Source of the DNA: a virus
Lineage: Duplodnaviria; Caudoviricetes
IMG/VR virus record: IMGVR_UViG_3300042314_000891
Location: 21,799 to 85,798 of that record
Length of the DNA: 64,000 nt
Strand: one strand, 5' to 3'
The notes under the pieces are model-generated. The model was not told the DNA's origin. It worked only from the letters and a program-made list of their open reading frames with translations, and did not search any database. Position numbers and translations under genes: made by a program. Positions 1 to 10,540 of the stretch are shown here, one piece after another. How positions within the stretch are numbered: the first letter of the stretch is position 1; each line of letters begins with the position of its first letter.

Positions 1-2
1 AT

Positions 3-1769
3 GTGGCAGATGAGTTTGGTAAAATAAATGCTCAAATAGGTGGTGGTTTTGCTCAATTGGTTGGTTTTAAATCACAACTTACAGCAATATCTTTAATATT
101 GGGTGAAGAAGCAGTTGGAGCAGTAACTGAATTTGGTGCTAGAATTGGTAATGTAAATAAAATATCAAATGAATTGGCATTTGATTTGGGATTACTACCA
201 GCCCGTTTGGGTGTTAGTGGACAAGAAGCTGGTGTTTTAGTAAATGAATTTGGTAATTTATCAAATTTATCAAATGAAGTAGCTTTAAATTCATTAGAAG
301 CAGCATCTCAATTAGCAGCTGCTAATGGTGCAATACCATCGCAGGTATTTAAAGATTTGGCTCAAAACACAGAGTTGTTTGCCGTATATTCAAAAAATGG
401 TGGTAAAAATCTACAAGATGCAGCTATAAATGCGGCAAGGTTAGGAGTTGATTTATCAACTGCTGGTAAGATTTCAGATAATTTATTAGATTATCAAACA
501 TCGGTTGCTAATGAAATGGAAGCATCTGTAATACTTGGCAGAAATTTAAATTTACAAAGAGCAAGAGAGTTAGCTTATGCTGGTGATATAAATGGTGCAA
601 TGAACGAAACGTTAAAAGCAGCTGGTGGTATTGCAGCATATGATAAAATGTCTCCAATTGAAAAAAGAGCATTAGCAGCTGCAATTGGTGTATCAAACCA
701 AGAGTTACTACAAATGATTGCTAATGAAAAAGAAGCACTAAAACCAGTTGGAGCAATGACGGCATCATTTAATACAATGAGTGCAATGGTTGACCAAATT
801 GGAACAACCGGTTTTGGAAAATGGCTTGGTATATTACCAGGTGTATTTAGCTTATTAGGAAATATAGGATTTGCTTTCAATACATTTGGAACTAGTTTAC
901 CACAAATATGGACAGGACTTAAAAAATGGGTTTCTGGATTATTTGCAGTAAAAGCTGCACAAGATTCCGTTAATGCATCAAGTGCAGGTTCTTCTTTAGC
1001 AGGTGGCGCGGGCTCTTTAACAAAAGCTAGAGATTCAGCAGGACGTTTTACATCAAATAAATCAATTGCACCAAAAATGGATACAAGCGGTGTTGATAAA
1101 ACAAGTAAATCAGTTGGTGGTGCAGGTAATAATGCTAGTGCAATGCTTAAAGGTGCAGCTGCATTATTAATAGCAGCAGCTGCTATATATGTATTGGGAT
1201 TAGCGTTACAACAATTTACAAAGATTGGTGCTAATGAAATTATATCATTGGCAGGTGCATTGGTTGTAGTTGGTTTGGCATTAGCAGCATTCGGCGCATT
1301 TGCTGCACCAATTATGTTAGGAGCAGTTGCATTAGGTTTTGCATCAATTGCGTTGGGTATGTTTGGCGCGGCATTGATGGTAGTTGGTAATGGTTTATCG
1401 AGTATTAGTAGCCCATTTGGAATGATTACTGAAAATTTATCAGTATTATCTTCATTAAACATTACACCAATATACGGAATGGCAACTGCATTAACTGCAT
1501 TGGCTACATCATTAGGATTAGTAGCGGCAAGTGGTGGTTTAGCATTGCCTATTTTAAGTGGATTAAATGAATTAGGTATAGCGGGTGTACCGGTAGGTGG
1601 AACTGCAACCACTACAACTCAAACAACTACGGGTGGTAGTACCAATGTAGCTGGATTAATTGAAGAAGTTAAAAAATTAACAAATGCTATAATGGGTGAA
1701 GAGTTAGTGGTGAATATAGATGGTAGAGAAATTGCAAGAGGAATGCGTAAATTTTTGAAAAATAGTTAA
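3..1769 (+). CDS. Tail tape-measure protein, C-terminal part (probably 5' truncated by the window)
   Basis: Long Ala/Gly/Leu-rich helical protein with hydrophobic stretches and terminal 'VVNIDGREIA' motif; lies upstream of baseplate-like genes. Confidence 0.75.
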   Translation: MADEFGKINAQIGGGFAQLVGFKSQLTAISLILGEEAVGAVTEFGARIGNVNKISNELAFDLGLLPARLGVSGQEAGVLVNEFGNLSNLSNEVALNSLEAASQLAAANGAIPSQVFKDLAQNTELFAVYSKNGGKNLQDAAINAARLGVDLSTAGKISDNLLDYQTSVANEMEASVILGRNLNLQRARELAYAGDINGAMNETLKAAGGIAAYDKMSPIEKRALAAAIGVSNQELLQMIANEKEALKPVGAMTASFNTMSAMVDQIGTTGFGKWLGILPGVFSLLGNIGFAFNTFGTSLPQIWTGLKKWVSGLFAVKAAQDSVNASSAGSSLAGGAGSLTKARDSAGRFTSNKSIAPKMDTSGVDKTSKSVGGAGNNASAMLKGAAALLIAAAAIYVLGLALQQFTKIGANEIISLAGALVVVGLALAAFGAFAAPIMLGAVALGFASIALGMFGAALMVVGNGLSSISSPFGMITENLSVLSSLNITPIYGMATALTALATSLGLVAASGGLALPILSGLNELGIAGVPVGGTATTTTQTTTGGSTNVAGLIEEVKKLTNAIMGEELVVNIDGREIARGMRKFLKNS

Positions 1770-1772
1770 AAG

Positions 1773-3962
1773 ATGGCAAAGCAATTAAAAGATTTATTGG
1801 GAGAATTTCAATTTAATAATTCTAACTTTGACCCAAATAAAGTTAAAGCTGATATGCTATCTTCCAAAGAAGTAGGACCAACAACTGGTAATATAAACAT
1901 CCCCGCTATTGGTTTAAACGTTGAAGGTGTAAAATTACCATATGATAGGCAATATCAAAAATTAGCAGAAAACGTTATTGAAATATATGGTGTAGATTCT
2001 GCTAGAATTTTAACTCGTGGTGCAGTAGAACCAATGCAATTGGCAAAACGTGGAGTAGATAGACTTTCAAGAGGTTTATTGGCTGGTACATTTGGTAATA
2101 ATACTTTGGTTGGTGGTTTTGTAAGAAACGCTTTAAATTCATTTACAAATCCACAATTTCCAAGTGATGAGGTAAATGATTTACCTTTCCTAGGTCTATC
2201 TACAAAAAATGGTTTATATACTAGTTTATATAATGGTGGCGTAAATAACAACAAAAATGCAATAGGAAATCTATTAACATCATTTGCAACACCAAAACAA
2301 ATTTCACAAAATATAGGTTCACCTGGTCAGGGTGGTAGAGTTAGGATAGGTGGCGCGGCGATTGATTTGGCATTAAATGTTGGATTTTCTGCTTTACAGG
2401 GTATTGGTAAAAAATTTGGATTAAGTTCTAAAAGAGGTGGTGGGAATGGTTCTTTACGTGAAATAAAAAATCCATTAAATAGTAAAGATAATGATTTACC
2501 AATATATCCATCCGATTACGCAACAAAAAGTTTTGGAAAAAGTAATGGAACATTAACGGGTATTGCAACTGGTGAAGACCAATTGATGCGAGAAGGAGAG
2601 CGTTTTTATACAAAATATGAAGGTATAAATGCAGAAAAACAACTTAATACAATCAGATTAGATGGTAAAAAATATACATCATTAAAACCTGCTTTATCAA
2701 ACTTTATAGGTTCATCCGGATTTAAAGGGTATATTACATACGATGAAGGAGCCAAAGATAACATACAAGGAATTAAATATAAATTTATTGATGTTGAAGG
2801 TTTAACAAAAGAAGATTTAAAAGAAGTTTCATTTTCAAAAAATGTTTATAAAGAACAGGGAAAAGGTGAAAGTACTTTATATAATGGCAAAAATGCAATT
2901 AATACAAAATTATTCGTAGGTGTAAAACGTCAAAAATCTGGAGCTAATATAACTCCAAGCGGTGCTACACCCGGTGGTGATTTGGAAGAAGTGGATGTAC
3001 TAAATTCAAAAAGACACACATCATTATCATCTTTGACACTTGATGGAAATACAAAAAAAAATTCAGATTTAATATCAATATATTTAAAAGATGTTAATAG
3101 TAAAGACTATATAATGTTAATGTCAAATCTAACTGGTTTAACTGATACACCCACACCAACTTGGGGAGATGTTAAACCGATTGGTTCTCCAAACAAATTT
3201 TATTTTTATGAATCATTTGAAAGGGAAATATCATTTAAAGGTCAATTGTATGCAAAAAATGAAAAACAATTAGTTCAACTTTGGCAAAAAGTAGAATTTT
3301 TACAAAATCTTACATTGGCTAGTTGGGGAGGTACTAATGGTATTCAGGGGAAAATATGTGAATTAAAAATAGGAAACTTTGTTGATTCATCCTATGGATT
3401 TTTAACAAATTGTACAATAACAATACCTGATAATTCACCTTGGGAAATACAAGAAAATTCACAAGTCCCATTTATATGTGAATTTGATATTACATATAAA
3501 GTTATACCAAGTGCTATGAGTGGGTTTAATGAAATGTTTAAATCAAATGAACCAATTTATGACTATAATCAACCATCATTACCAGGATTAAATTTTGGCA
3601 AAAAATTACAACCTGGAAATACGGATATTAAAAAGTTACAAGGACTTGGACCATTTTTTGGAAAACAAGGTTCTGACGAAGCCGGTATGGAAGGAACTAT
3701 AAACCAAAATTCATTTACCGGTGGTGAAACATCAACGAGCGAAGTACCAAATATATTAGACCCGGAAAAATGGCAAACCGAAGGTTCGGGTGAAGCACCA
3801 AATGGTAGTGGTATATTTAACACAATTGGCACAGATACTACGGACGAATTAATACCAACTTCTGAAAGAGGACGTGATTTAAATAGTAGTAATGAATTTA
3901 AAATAAATCCAACAAGTACACCAAAATCATCAACTGGAATGTTAGGTGGAGCACCACAATAA
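1773..3962 (+). CDS. Putative baseplate/tail-tube initiator protein
   Basis: Central-to-C-terminal segment 'LTDTPTPTW..IGSPNKFYFYESFEREISF...GFLTNCTITIPDNSPWEI' resembles contractile-tail tube-initiator proteins; follows tape measure. Confidence 0.55.
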   Translation: MAKQLKDLLGEFQFNNSNFDPNKVKADMLSSKEVGPTTGNINIPAIGLNVEGVKLPYDRQYQKLAENVIEIYGVDSARILTRGAVEPMQLAKRGVDRLSRGLLAGTFGNNTLVGGFVRNALNSFTNPQFPSDEVNDLPFLGLSTKNGLYTSLYNGGVNNNKNAIGNLLTSFATPKQISQNIGSPGQGGRVRIGGAAIDLALNVGFSALQGIGKKFGLSSKRGGGNGSLREIKNPLNSKDNDLPIYPSDYATKSFGKSNGTLTGIATGEDQLMREGERFYTKYEGINAEKQLNTIRLDGKKYTSLKPALSNFIGSSGFKGYITYDEGAKDNIQGIKYKFIDVEGLTKEDLKEVSFSKNVYKEQGKGESTLYNGKNAINTKLFVGVKRQKSGANITPSGATPGGDLEEVDVLNSKRHTSLSSLTLDGNTKKNSDLISIYLKDVNSKDYIMLMSNLTGLTDTPTPTWGDVKPIGSPNKFYFYESFEREISFKGQLYAKNEKQLVQLWQKVEFLQNLTLASWGGTNGIQGKICELKIGNFVDSSYGFLTNCTITIPDNSPWEIQENSQVPFICEFDITYKVIPSAMSGFNEMFKSNEPIYDYNQPSLPGLNFGKKLQPGNTDIKKLQGLGPFFGKQGSDEAGMEGTINQNSFTGGETSTSEVPNILDPEKWQTEGSGEAPNGSGIFNTIGTDTTDELIPTSERGRDLNSSNEFKINPTSTPKSSTGMLGGAPQ

Positions 3963-3972
3963 TTAAACTAAT

Positions 3973-4251
3973 ATGGGAAGATACGATAAACTCAATATAC
4001 AGAAAAAAGCAAATGGTTTAGTATTTCATTCAAATCTTATGCCGTATTTTAAAGCAGTTGATTCCGATGTGTTAATAATAACGGAAGAAGATGATAGATT
4101 AGATACGCTTGCATTTCAATTTTATAAAGATGCATCTTTATGGTGGGTTATTGCTGTATATAATAATATGACGGATGTTGATTTAAAATTGGAACCTGGA
4201 TTACAATTAAGAATACCGAATAATCCATCCAATGTTACAAATAAAATATAA
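3973..4251 (+). CDS. LysM-like baseplate wedge protein (gp53/tail X-like)
   Basis: 'DRLDTLAFQFYKDASLWWVIAVYN...PGLQLRIP' motif. Confidence 0.8.
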   Translation: MGRYDKLNIQKKANGLVFHSNLMPYFKAVDSDVLIITEEDDRLDTLAFQFYKDASLWWVIAVYNNMTDVDLKLEPGLQLRIPNNPSNVTNKI

Positions 4252-4257
4252 ATAGTT

Positions 4258-6387
4258 ATGAATCATTTTCCATTATTTGAACCTTTACCATCCTCTAAAA
4301 CGGCTGCAATATCAGGTACATCTGCTTATTTTAAGCAAACGTTCTCTGGTGCAATGCCGTTTGTTAGGTTTATATCTTATCAAAAGGGTTCATTTGTTAT
4401 AGGAAACGATTCAGATTATACATCATTTGTACCAGGACAAATGGGTTGGAGATTTCCACCAATGGTGGTTGGGCTTGAAGTAAAACCCGGTGGTAGTATG
4501 GGTGTATTGCGTGAGGGGCATATAACTATTAAATTCCCATCAATGGGAGCTATGGAATATCATAGCGAATTTTTTCGAATTGGTACTCCAAAGGCAATTA
4601 GATGGGGCTGGACAAAGAAAAGAAGTAGTGGTGCAGATTATTCAGTACCACAGGGATTAGATGCTCCAACCGCTAAAACATTGGTAGATAATATAGATAC
4701 GTGGGAAAAATTTTGTGGAGATGGTACGGAAGATGTAATGGTAGGACCACTTATTGATTTTAGTTATACCATAAATAATGATGCAAGTGTCGATGCTACA
4801 TTTGTAGTTGGTACAAAAAATGAAATACCTGCTTATTTGGGTACTAATAGACAGGATAAAAAAAATACTAACTCATCAACCAAAGATTCGGTAGCAGACA
4901 ATCGTTTGGCACGTGTATTAGAATTAGAAAATGGTCAATTTTTAGGATTAAAAAATGATATAGCAAAAAAGCATACTATAAATTATAATTTTTCAAATCA
5001 AGGATTCTTTTCTGCATTATTATCTAGAATTGGTACTCTTTTTAATCCAGTAATAGAATATGACCACGATGCATATAGTGATGATGTGTTTATTAGTATG
5101 GAATTTTTAGTAGATTATACTATAAACAAAGGAAAAGGAAAGCAACAAAATGATTATAAGTTAGATATATCAAATGCAGTAGCAGCTGCCCATCCAAATA
5201 TAATAAGTAATTCTGAAAATGTTATTTTTCCAAACGCAACAATGGCAAATCCAATAGTTGCACAGAATGTTGATGGCGCTACTTTGGTTTTGGATACTAA
5301 AAATACTCAAAATTTAAAATTACAATCTGGTAAAGAATTTCCAGAACAAATTGCAAGTAAAGGTATTTTAAAAATTTACAATGGAGATAGAAATAATTAT
5401 GAAAAAGGAAAATGGGGGTATATAAAAAATATATTTTTAAAGGTTGATTTTGTATTAGATGTTGCAAAAAGTATGGGTGAAAATGGTAAAATGGGTGATT
5501 TTATACAAAAATTATGCGATGAAATAAATGTTGCAGGAGCCGGATTAATGGAACTAGCACCACAAGTTCAATCGGATAGTAATGGTACTATGATTTATAC
5601 AATTGTTGATTATGCATTAATACCATCGGTGGTAGCTATGCCATCAACTATACATTTATTTAACGATAATACTACCATAACAAACATAAATTTTTCAGCA
5701 GATTTACCAAAGGAAATTATTGCAATGGCTATGCTTGGTAATCAAAAATCAAAAGAAATTGGAAAAAATTTATTTTTTAAATTTCAACAAGACCCAACGG
5801 ATATATTAAATTTAAAATCATATATACCTGATGCATCATTTGCAAACACAGGTGGATTTATTCCTGGAACTGGATTTGGTAATATTCCTGGTATAAATGT
5901 AAATGTCCCTACACAATTTCCAATGTCGGATGGAACTACTCCAAGAACACCAGCAGCTGCGGCTGGAGGCGCTGCAGCCGGAGGAACACCTCCTGCGGGA
6001 AACATTATTACTGGATTTAATACAGCAGGACCAATTACACCCACAAATACTTTAATTGATGATAATTGTATTGTAATTCATTCAGATGATGATATAATGA
6101 CAAACGGGTCACCAACAAAAGATGTTAGTGCTATATTAAAAGATACCGCATTGTGTAAAAATTTATACTTTGGCAATAGTGGATTAAATAAAAATAACCC
6201 ATTATTACCAATTGAATTGGAATTAACAGTATTAGGTATATCCGGAATTACTGTTGGAAAAGTTGTAAATATAGATAGAGTACCATTTGATAAAAGTGGA
6301 GTATTTCAAGTAACGGAAGTAACACATAAAGTTTCTGATACTTGGGAAACAACGATTAAATTCAGATATAGACCTACTAACGTTTAA
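4258..6387 (+). CDS. Putative baseplate hub protein
   Basis: C-terminal 'LELTVLGISGITVG...FQVTEVTHKVSDTWETTI' typical of hub proteins; gene context. Confidence 0.55.
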   Translation: MNHFPLFEPLPSSKTAAISGTSAYFKQTFSGAMPFVRFISYQKGSFVIGNDSDYTSFVPGQMGWRFPPMVVGLEVKPGGSMGVLREGHITIKFPSMGAMEYHSEFFRIGTPKAIRWGWTKKRSSGADYSVPQGLDAPTAKTLVDNIDTWEKFCGDGTEDVMVGPLIDFSYTINNDASVDATFVVGTKNEIPAYLGTNRQDKKNTNSSTKDSVADNRLARVLELENGQFLGLKNDIAKKHTINYNFSNQGFFSALLSRIGTLFNPVIEYDHDAYSDDVFISMEFLVDYTINKGKGKQQNDYKLDISNAVAAAHPNIISNSENVIFPNATMANPIVAQNVDGATLVLDTKNTQNLKLQSGKEFPEQIASKGILKIYNGDRNNYEKGKWGYIKNIFLKVDFVLDVAKSMGENGKMGDFIQKLCDEINVAGAGLMELAPQVQSDSNGTMIYTIVDYALIPSVVAMPSTIHLFNDNTTITNINFSADLPKEIIAMAMLGNQKSKEIGKNLFFKFQQDPTDILNLKSYIPDASFANTGGFIPGTGFGNIPGINVNVPTQFPMSDGTTPRTPAAAAGGAAAGGTPPAGNIITGFNTAGPITPTNTLIDDNCIVIHSDDDIMTNGSPTKDVSAILKDTALCKNLYFGNSGLNKNNPLLPIELELTVLGISGITVGKVVNIDRVPFDKSGVFQVTEVTHKVSDTWETTIKFRYRPTNV

Positions 6388-6391
6388 TACT

Positions 6392-6748
6392 ATGACTAAT
6401 ATAGATATATATAAATCTTTACAGAGTAATGTGAAATTAGTTGAAACTGGTTTTCCAACATTTGAAGCTCAACCAAATGAGCAAGATTATAACATTGGTT
6501 TTATTTATCGGTATTTTGTAAGAAAAAGAAACGAACCATTTGGTGTTATTTCTGAAATAAACAAAGAATTATACGATAAATTTACAAGTAGTCCTTTTTA
6601 TTTACAATTAAAAATGCGTTGGAAAATAACTGGTACAAACAAATTTGAAGTAGAACAACTAAATCAGCGTTCAATCAACTACGCACAAGAAACTATGGGT
6701 AACATAGATACTTATGTAAAAAATCTTACAAAATTTTATAGAGGATAA
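6392..6748 (+). CDS. Hypothetical phage protein
   Basis: 118-aa ORF closing the baseplate operon. Confidence 0.6.
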   Translation: MTNIDIYKSLQSNVKLVETGFPTFEAQPNEQDYNIGFIYRYFVRKRNEPFGVISEINKELYDKFTSSPFYLQLKMRWKITGTNKFEVEQLNQRSINYAQETMGNIDTYVKNLTKFYRG

Positions 6749-6780
6749 TTTGGATATACCAAATCTTTTTGTTATATTTG
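6749..6780 (+). promoter_or_regulatory. Bacteroidota-type housekeeping promoter
   Basis: TTTG-N20-TATATTTG upstream of the PolA-like gene. Confidence 0.75.
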
Positions 6781-6784
6781 TAAG

Positions 6785-8128
6785 ATGGTTATATACATAG
6801 AGGATTCTAAATCGTTTAATGATTTCTTATTGGAGTTTAATACTCGTCCAAGTAGAATATACATTCAACTTTCGGATGTGGACAAGCATGCTCTAAACAA
6901 TCGTATATCATTTATTGTAGTTTGCTGTATGCAAAAATTCTATGTAATCAATCTAAACCACACCGATGGTTTGAGTTTAAGAGAAGATGCGTTAAAACTA
7001 TTAGAAGAATCGCCACGAAGTAAAGCACTAATAAATGGTAAGAGTGTGGGACATTTGATTGGATTAAAACAATCGGTTGACATAGATTTATACAGATTCA
7101 TTACAGATGTAAAAAACGAAGAAGAACCATTTAGAGAAATACAATCATTCTACAAACGAAGTACACCACTACAATATCAAAACAACTTAAACGATAGTAT
7201 TCCATTATCAAAGCAAGTTGGTATAATAAAAAACATATTACAATATGAATTAGAAGATGGAGTTGGTGAATCTGTATTTAATTTTGTAAAAGATGCAACC
7301 AAAGTATTCCAATGGATAGAAAAATCAGGCATATTTGTAGATGAAAAATTAAGAGATTTACTACCACAAAAACATATCAATAAAGATGGGTTAGTATTCA
7401 CCGAATACAACCTCCATACTTCCACACTACGTCCATCAAATAGACATGGTGGGATAAACTACTCGGCTATACCAAAAAAGAGTGATATGCGTAAAGCATT
7501 CGTTAGTAGATTCAAAGATGGTAAGTTAGTGAGTATAGATTATTCGGCATATCACCCACATTTACTTATTGATTTAATAAAAACACAAATTGGAACTAAA
7601 GAATGGATGAGTAAATTCAATTCTCAATTAGATTTTTATGATTGGGTTGCTGCTATATGTGGTGTAGCTGATTTGGATGGTGCAAGAGATGGGGCTAAAC
7701 AATTAGTATTCCAATCCATATATGGTGGTGTAAGTTCTGAAATGCAAGAGTTACCATTTTTTAATGAGGTAAATTTATTAGCATTAAAATACAAAGCAGA
7801 TTTAGATAGATATGGGTTCGTAATGACTCCGCACTATAACATACAAATCAAAAAGGAAAAGTTTGGTGAAGATAATCCACCACCGGCAAAAGTATTAAAC
7901 TATGTAATTCAAGCATATGAAACGGAACGAAACATTCAAATCCTAAAACAAATAAAAGAAAAGTATAAAGGATTGGGAAAACTGATAATGTATAACTATG
8001 ATGCATTTGTTTTTGATGTTCCTAATTACGAAATTACATATTTATATGAACAGATATATGAAAAAATAATAGACTCAAAAGAGTTTCCAGCAACAATAGT
8101 AACGGGTGAAAATTATGATTTTAGATAA
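6785..8128 (+). CDS. Family A DNA polymerase-like protein (short, divergent)
   Basis: Motif A 'SIDYSAYHPHLL', motif B 'AKQLVFQSIYG', motif C 'YNYDAFVFD', plus 'T.RPSN..GGINYSAIPK'. Confidence 0.75.
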   Translation: MVIYIEDSKSFNDFLLEFNTRPSRIYIQLSDVDKHALNNRISFIVVCCMQKFYVINLNHTDGLSLREDALKLLEESPRSKALINGKSVGHLIGLKQSVDIDLYRFITDVKNEEEPFREIQSFYKRSTPLQYQNNLNDSIPLSKQVGIIKNILQYELEDGVGESVFNFVKDATKVFQWIEKSGIFVDEKLRDLLPQKHINKDGLVFTEYNLHTSTLRPSNRHGGINYSAIPKKSDMRKAFVSRFKDGKLVSIDYSAYHPHLLIDLIKTQIGTKEWMSKFNSQLDFYDWVAAICGVADLDGARDGAKQLVFQSIYGGVSSEMQELPFFNEVNLLALKYKADLDRYGFVMTPHYNIQIKKEKFGEDNPPPAKVLNYVIQAYETERNIQILKQIKEKYKGLGKLIMYNYDAFVFDVPNYEITYLYEQIYEKIIDSKEFPATIVTGENYDFR

Positions 8129-9707
8129 TTTAGATGAGATTTATCAAGAAGTTTTAGAAGAACTTTCTTATAGAGTAGGTATAGTAAATTTACGAAATAA
8201 AAATCACGTAGATATTTTAAGTGAAATATTAGATACTACCGAACTTGCGGAGTACAAATCCGATATTTTGGGTGAGTTGTATAAAAATGTAATAGCTGAA
8301 CTTGATTTTCCAGATAAAGATGCACTTGCTGATTATAAATCTCAACACAAAATGCGTTCAGATACACCCGTAACAATTGCGGGTAAGGAAACAACGGTAG
8401 GTGCAGTAAGTGATACATCTAAAGAAAAACAAAATAAACAAAAAGAAGATTCTAAAAATTCTCAAAAACAACCACCTAAAAGCGATAATTTAAAAAAATT
8501 CTCAAAACCAATGGTTGTGGATAGAACTAATAGATTAGTAAAACTTGCCGAAAAAGTTAAAAATAGCGATAAAGATACACAAAAAAGAGCAGCAATTCTT
8601 ATTAAAAATTGGAATAAATTTATGAATGCTACAACTGAAAAAGAAAAAGTTGAAGCAATGCGTGAAATGGCTGAATATAATCTAATACAAGGACACGCTG
8701 GTGGTAAAAAAGTATATGTTAGTAATTCATTGCCGGTAGATGAAAAATATCTTACAGGTGATAGTGGGGATGAAATAACCAAAGAGATGAATAGGGTTAT
8801 GAAAGAAAATGATATTTACATTCCAATGCGTGGTTCTACTCTAGATAGACAAAAAGCTGATTTAAGTGGAAAACATAACGAAGCTGGTGTAGTTGCTGAA
8901 TTAGATGCATCAAATGAAAATATAAAAAATAGAGATGAAGTTGCAAAAAAATATTCAGAAGTAGGTGGAGATGTAAAAAAATCAGATGAAGATAATAAAA
9001 AAGCTGCAAATGCTGTAAAAGAAAGTATATTACAAAATTTTCCAAATTCAAAAATTATAAAAGCAACTCAAGTTGGTGGTAGAGGTTCAACTGCTTTAAA
9101 TAAACTTGGTATAGACCCAAAAACAGACCCAACTGATATAATGGTTGAAATACAAACGGAATCTGGAGAAACTGTATTTGTAAAATATTCTCTTAAAGTT
9201 TACGATGACCCAAGAAATATAACCATGAAAAATTCGGGTGTAAATAACGCCGGTGAAGTATATCTTGGTGGAGATGCGGGAAATCAAATTGATACATTTA
9301 AGCGTGAATTGGATAAAAAGTATAGTTGGACAAACGAAATGAGTTCAGCTGAACAAAATAAAAATAAAACAGCATACAGACAAGAGTATTTGAAAAAATA
9401 TGCAGAAGAATTGGAAAAAATATCAAAAACACCAGAGGGACAATCTCAATTATTAAAAATGTGGCAATCGGTACATGGGTGTGGTAAAGGTGTAAGTACA
9501 TTGATTACAAACAAAAGAACAGGTGAATCTGTGGTACACTCGCCAGAATACTATTGTAACCCAAAACAACCATTTAAAATAGAATATGATGGGGTAAAAA
9601 TTGTTGTAAATATGAGTGGTAAAGATGATTCTACATATCTACAATTAGACTTGAAAACTGAAAAGAATAATTCTAAAAAATTATTATTCAGACATAGAAT
9701 AAAATAG
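8106..9707 (+). CDS. Hypothetical protein, possible PD-(D/E)xK nuclease-like C-terminal domain
   Basis: 'PTDIMV...KYSLK' resembles a PD-(D/E)xK core; start may be ATG at 8115. Confidence 0.4.
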   Translation: MKIMILDNLDEIYQEVLEELSYRVGIVNLRNKNHVDILSEILDTTELAEYKSDILGELYKNVIAELDFPDKDALADYKSQHKMRSDTPVTIAGKETTVGAVSDTSKEKQNKQKEDSKNSQKQPPKSDNLKKFSKPMVVDRTNRLVKLAEKVKNSDKDTQKRAAILIKNWNKFMNATTEKEKVEAMREMAEYNLIQGHAGGKKVYVSNSLPVDEKYLTGDSGDEITKEMNRVMKENDIYIPMRGSTLDRQKADLSGKHNEAGVVAELDASNENIKNRDEVAKKYSEVGGDVKKSDEDNKKAANAVKESILQNFPNSKIIKATQVGGRGSTALNKLGIDPKTDPTDIMVEIQTESGETVFVKYSLKVYDDPRNITMKNSGVNNAGEVYLGGDAGNQIDTFKRELDKKYSWTNEMSSAEQNKNKTAYRQEYLKKYAEELEKISKTPEGQSQLLKMWQSVHGCGKGVSTLITNKRTGESVVHSPEYYCNPKQPFKIEYDGVKIVVNMSGKDDSTYLQLDLKTEKNNSKKLLFRHRIK

Positions 9708-9753
9708 TATTTATACCATTTTCTTATACTTATAAGGAGTATAAAATGAAGAT

Positions 9754-10167
9754 ATGATAAAGACGCAGTTACTATGTACGTTCTCAACAAAAAAAGATAT
9801 TGAGAATAATTTGGATTTTATAAAAAAAAGTTATAAATTAGCATATAATTACATTTATGTTTTACAAAATAAAAACGTCCCTAACGATTTGTTTGTAACT
9901 TATAATGTGGTGGTGGAAGGACAACATCCAGAAAGCGAGTTAAAGACTATTTTAGTACATAGAAAAAAACAAACTAATACCTTATATACAATCAACGCTC
10001 TAAACCAATTAATAATGGAAAAGACGGGTGGTATGTTGGATGAAAAGTATGAGGTAGATTGGGAAGAGTACAGAAATTGTATATTACTTACAAATGCAGA
10101 AGGAGTTAGAAAAATAACAACAAGAGTATTTGATGTGATTGAGATTGAAGGATTGCAAATTAATTAA
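9754..10167 (+). CDS. Hypothetical phage protein
   Basis: 137-aa ORF with genome-typical codon usage. Confidence 0.6.
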   Translation: MIKTQLLCTFSTKKDIENNLDFIKKSYKLAYNYIYVLQNKNVPNDLFVTYNVVVEGQHPESELKTILVHRKKQTNTLYTINALNQLIMEKTGGMLDEKYEVDWEEYRNCILLTNAEGVRKITTRVFDVIEIEGLQIN

Positions 10168-10180
10168 AACCAAAATAAAT

Positions 10181-10540
10181 ATGTTACAGAACGATTACAC
10201 AGACCCACAAATAGTGGCTCAAGCGGAAAAAGATTATCCAGAAACTACTGCGGAATACAAACGCATTATGGTAGAACAATACGAACTATTCTGCCGAAAA
10301 CAATCAAACTATGGACCAGGTAACATTTCAGTAGGAACTGAATGTAGAACTGATGCAGATATTAAACTATCTCTTACTGGATTATGGTTTCGTATCAACG
10401 ATAAAATCAACCGCTTAAAACAAATGATTATTATTGGTGCACAAGATAATGTAGGCGAATCACTTACGGATACATATCAGGACTTATCAGTCTATGGAAT
10501 CATAGCACAAATCGTACAAAACAAAAAATGGGGTAAATAA
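10181..10540 (+). CDS. Nucleotide-modification-associated domain protein (DUF1599/Nmad1-like)
   Basis: 'KQSNYGPGNI...RINDKINRL...ESLTDTYQDLSVYGII' pattern; ATG at 10181. Confidence 0.65.
   Translation: MLQNDYTDPQIVAQAEKDYPETTAEYKRIMVEQYELFCRKQSNYGPGNISVGTECRTDADIKLSLTGLWFRINDKINRLKQMIIIGAQDNVGESLTDTYQDLSVYGIIAQIVQNKKWGK

Noticed and set aside
575-1612. 345-aa minus-strand ORF
   Set aside because: Antisense shadow of the Ala/Gly-rich tape-measure gene.
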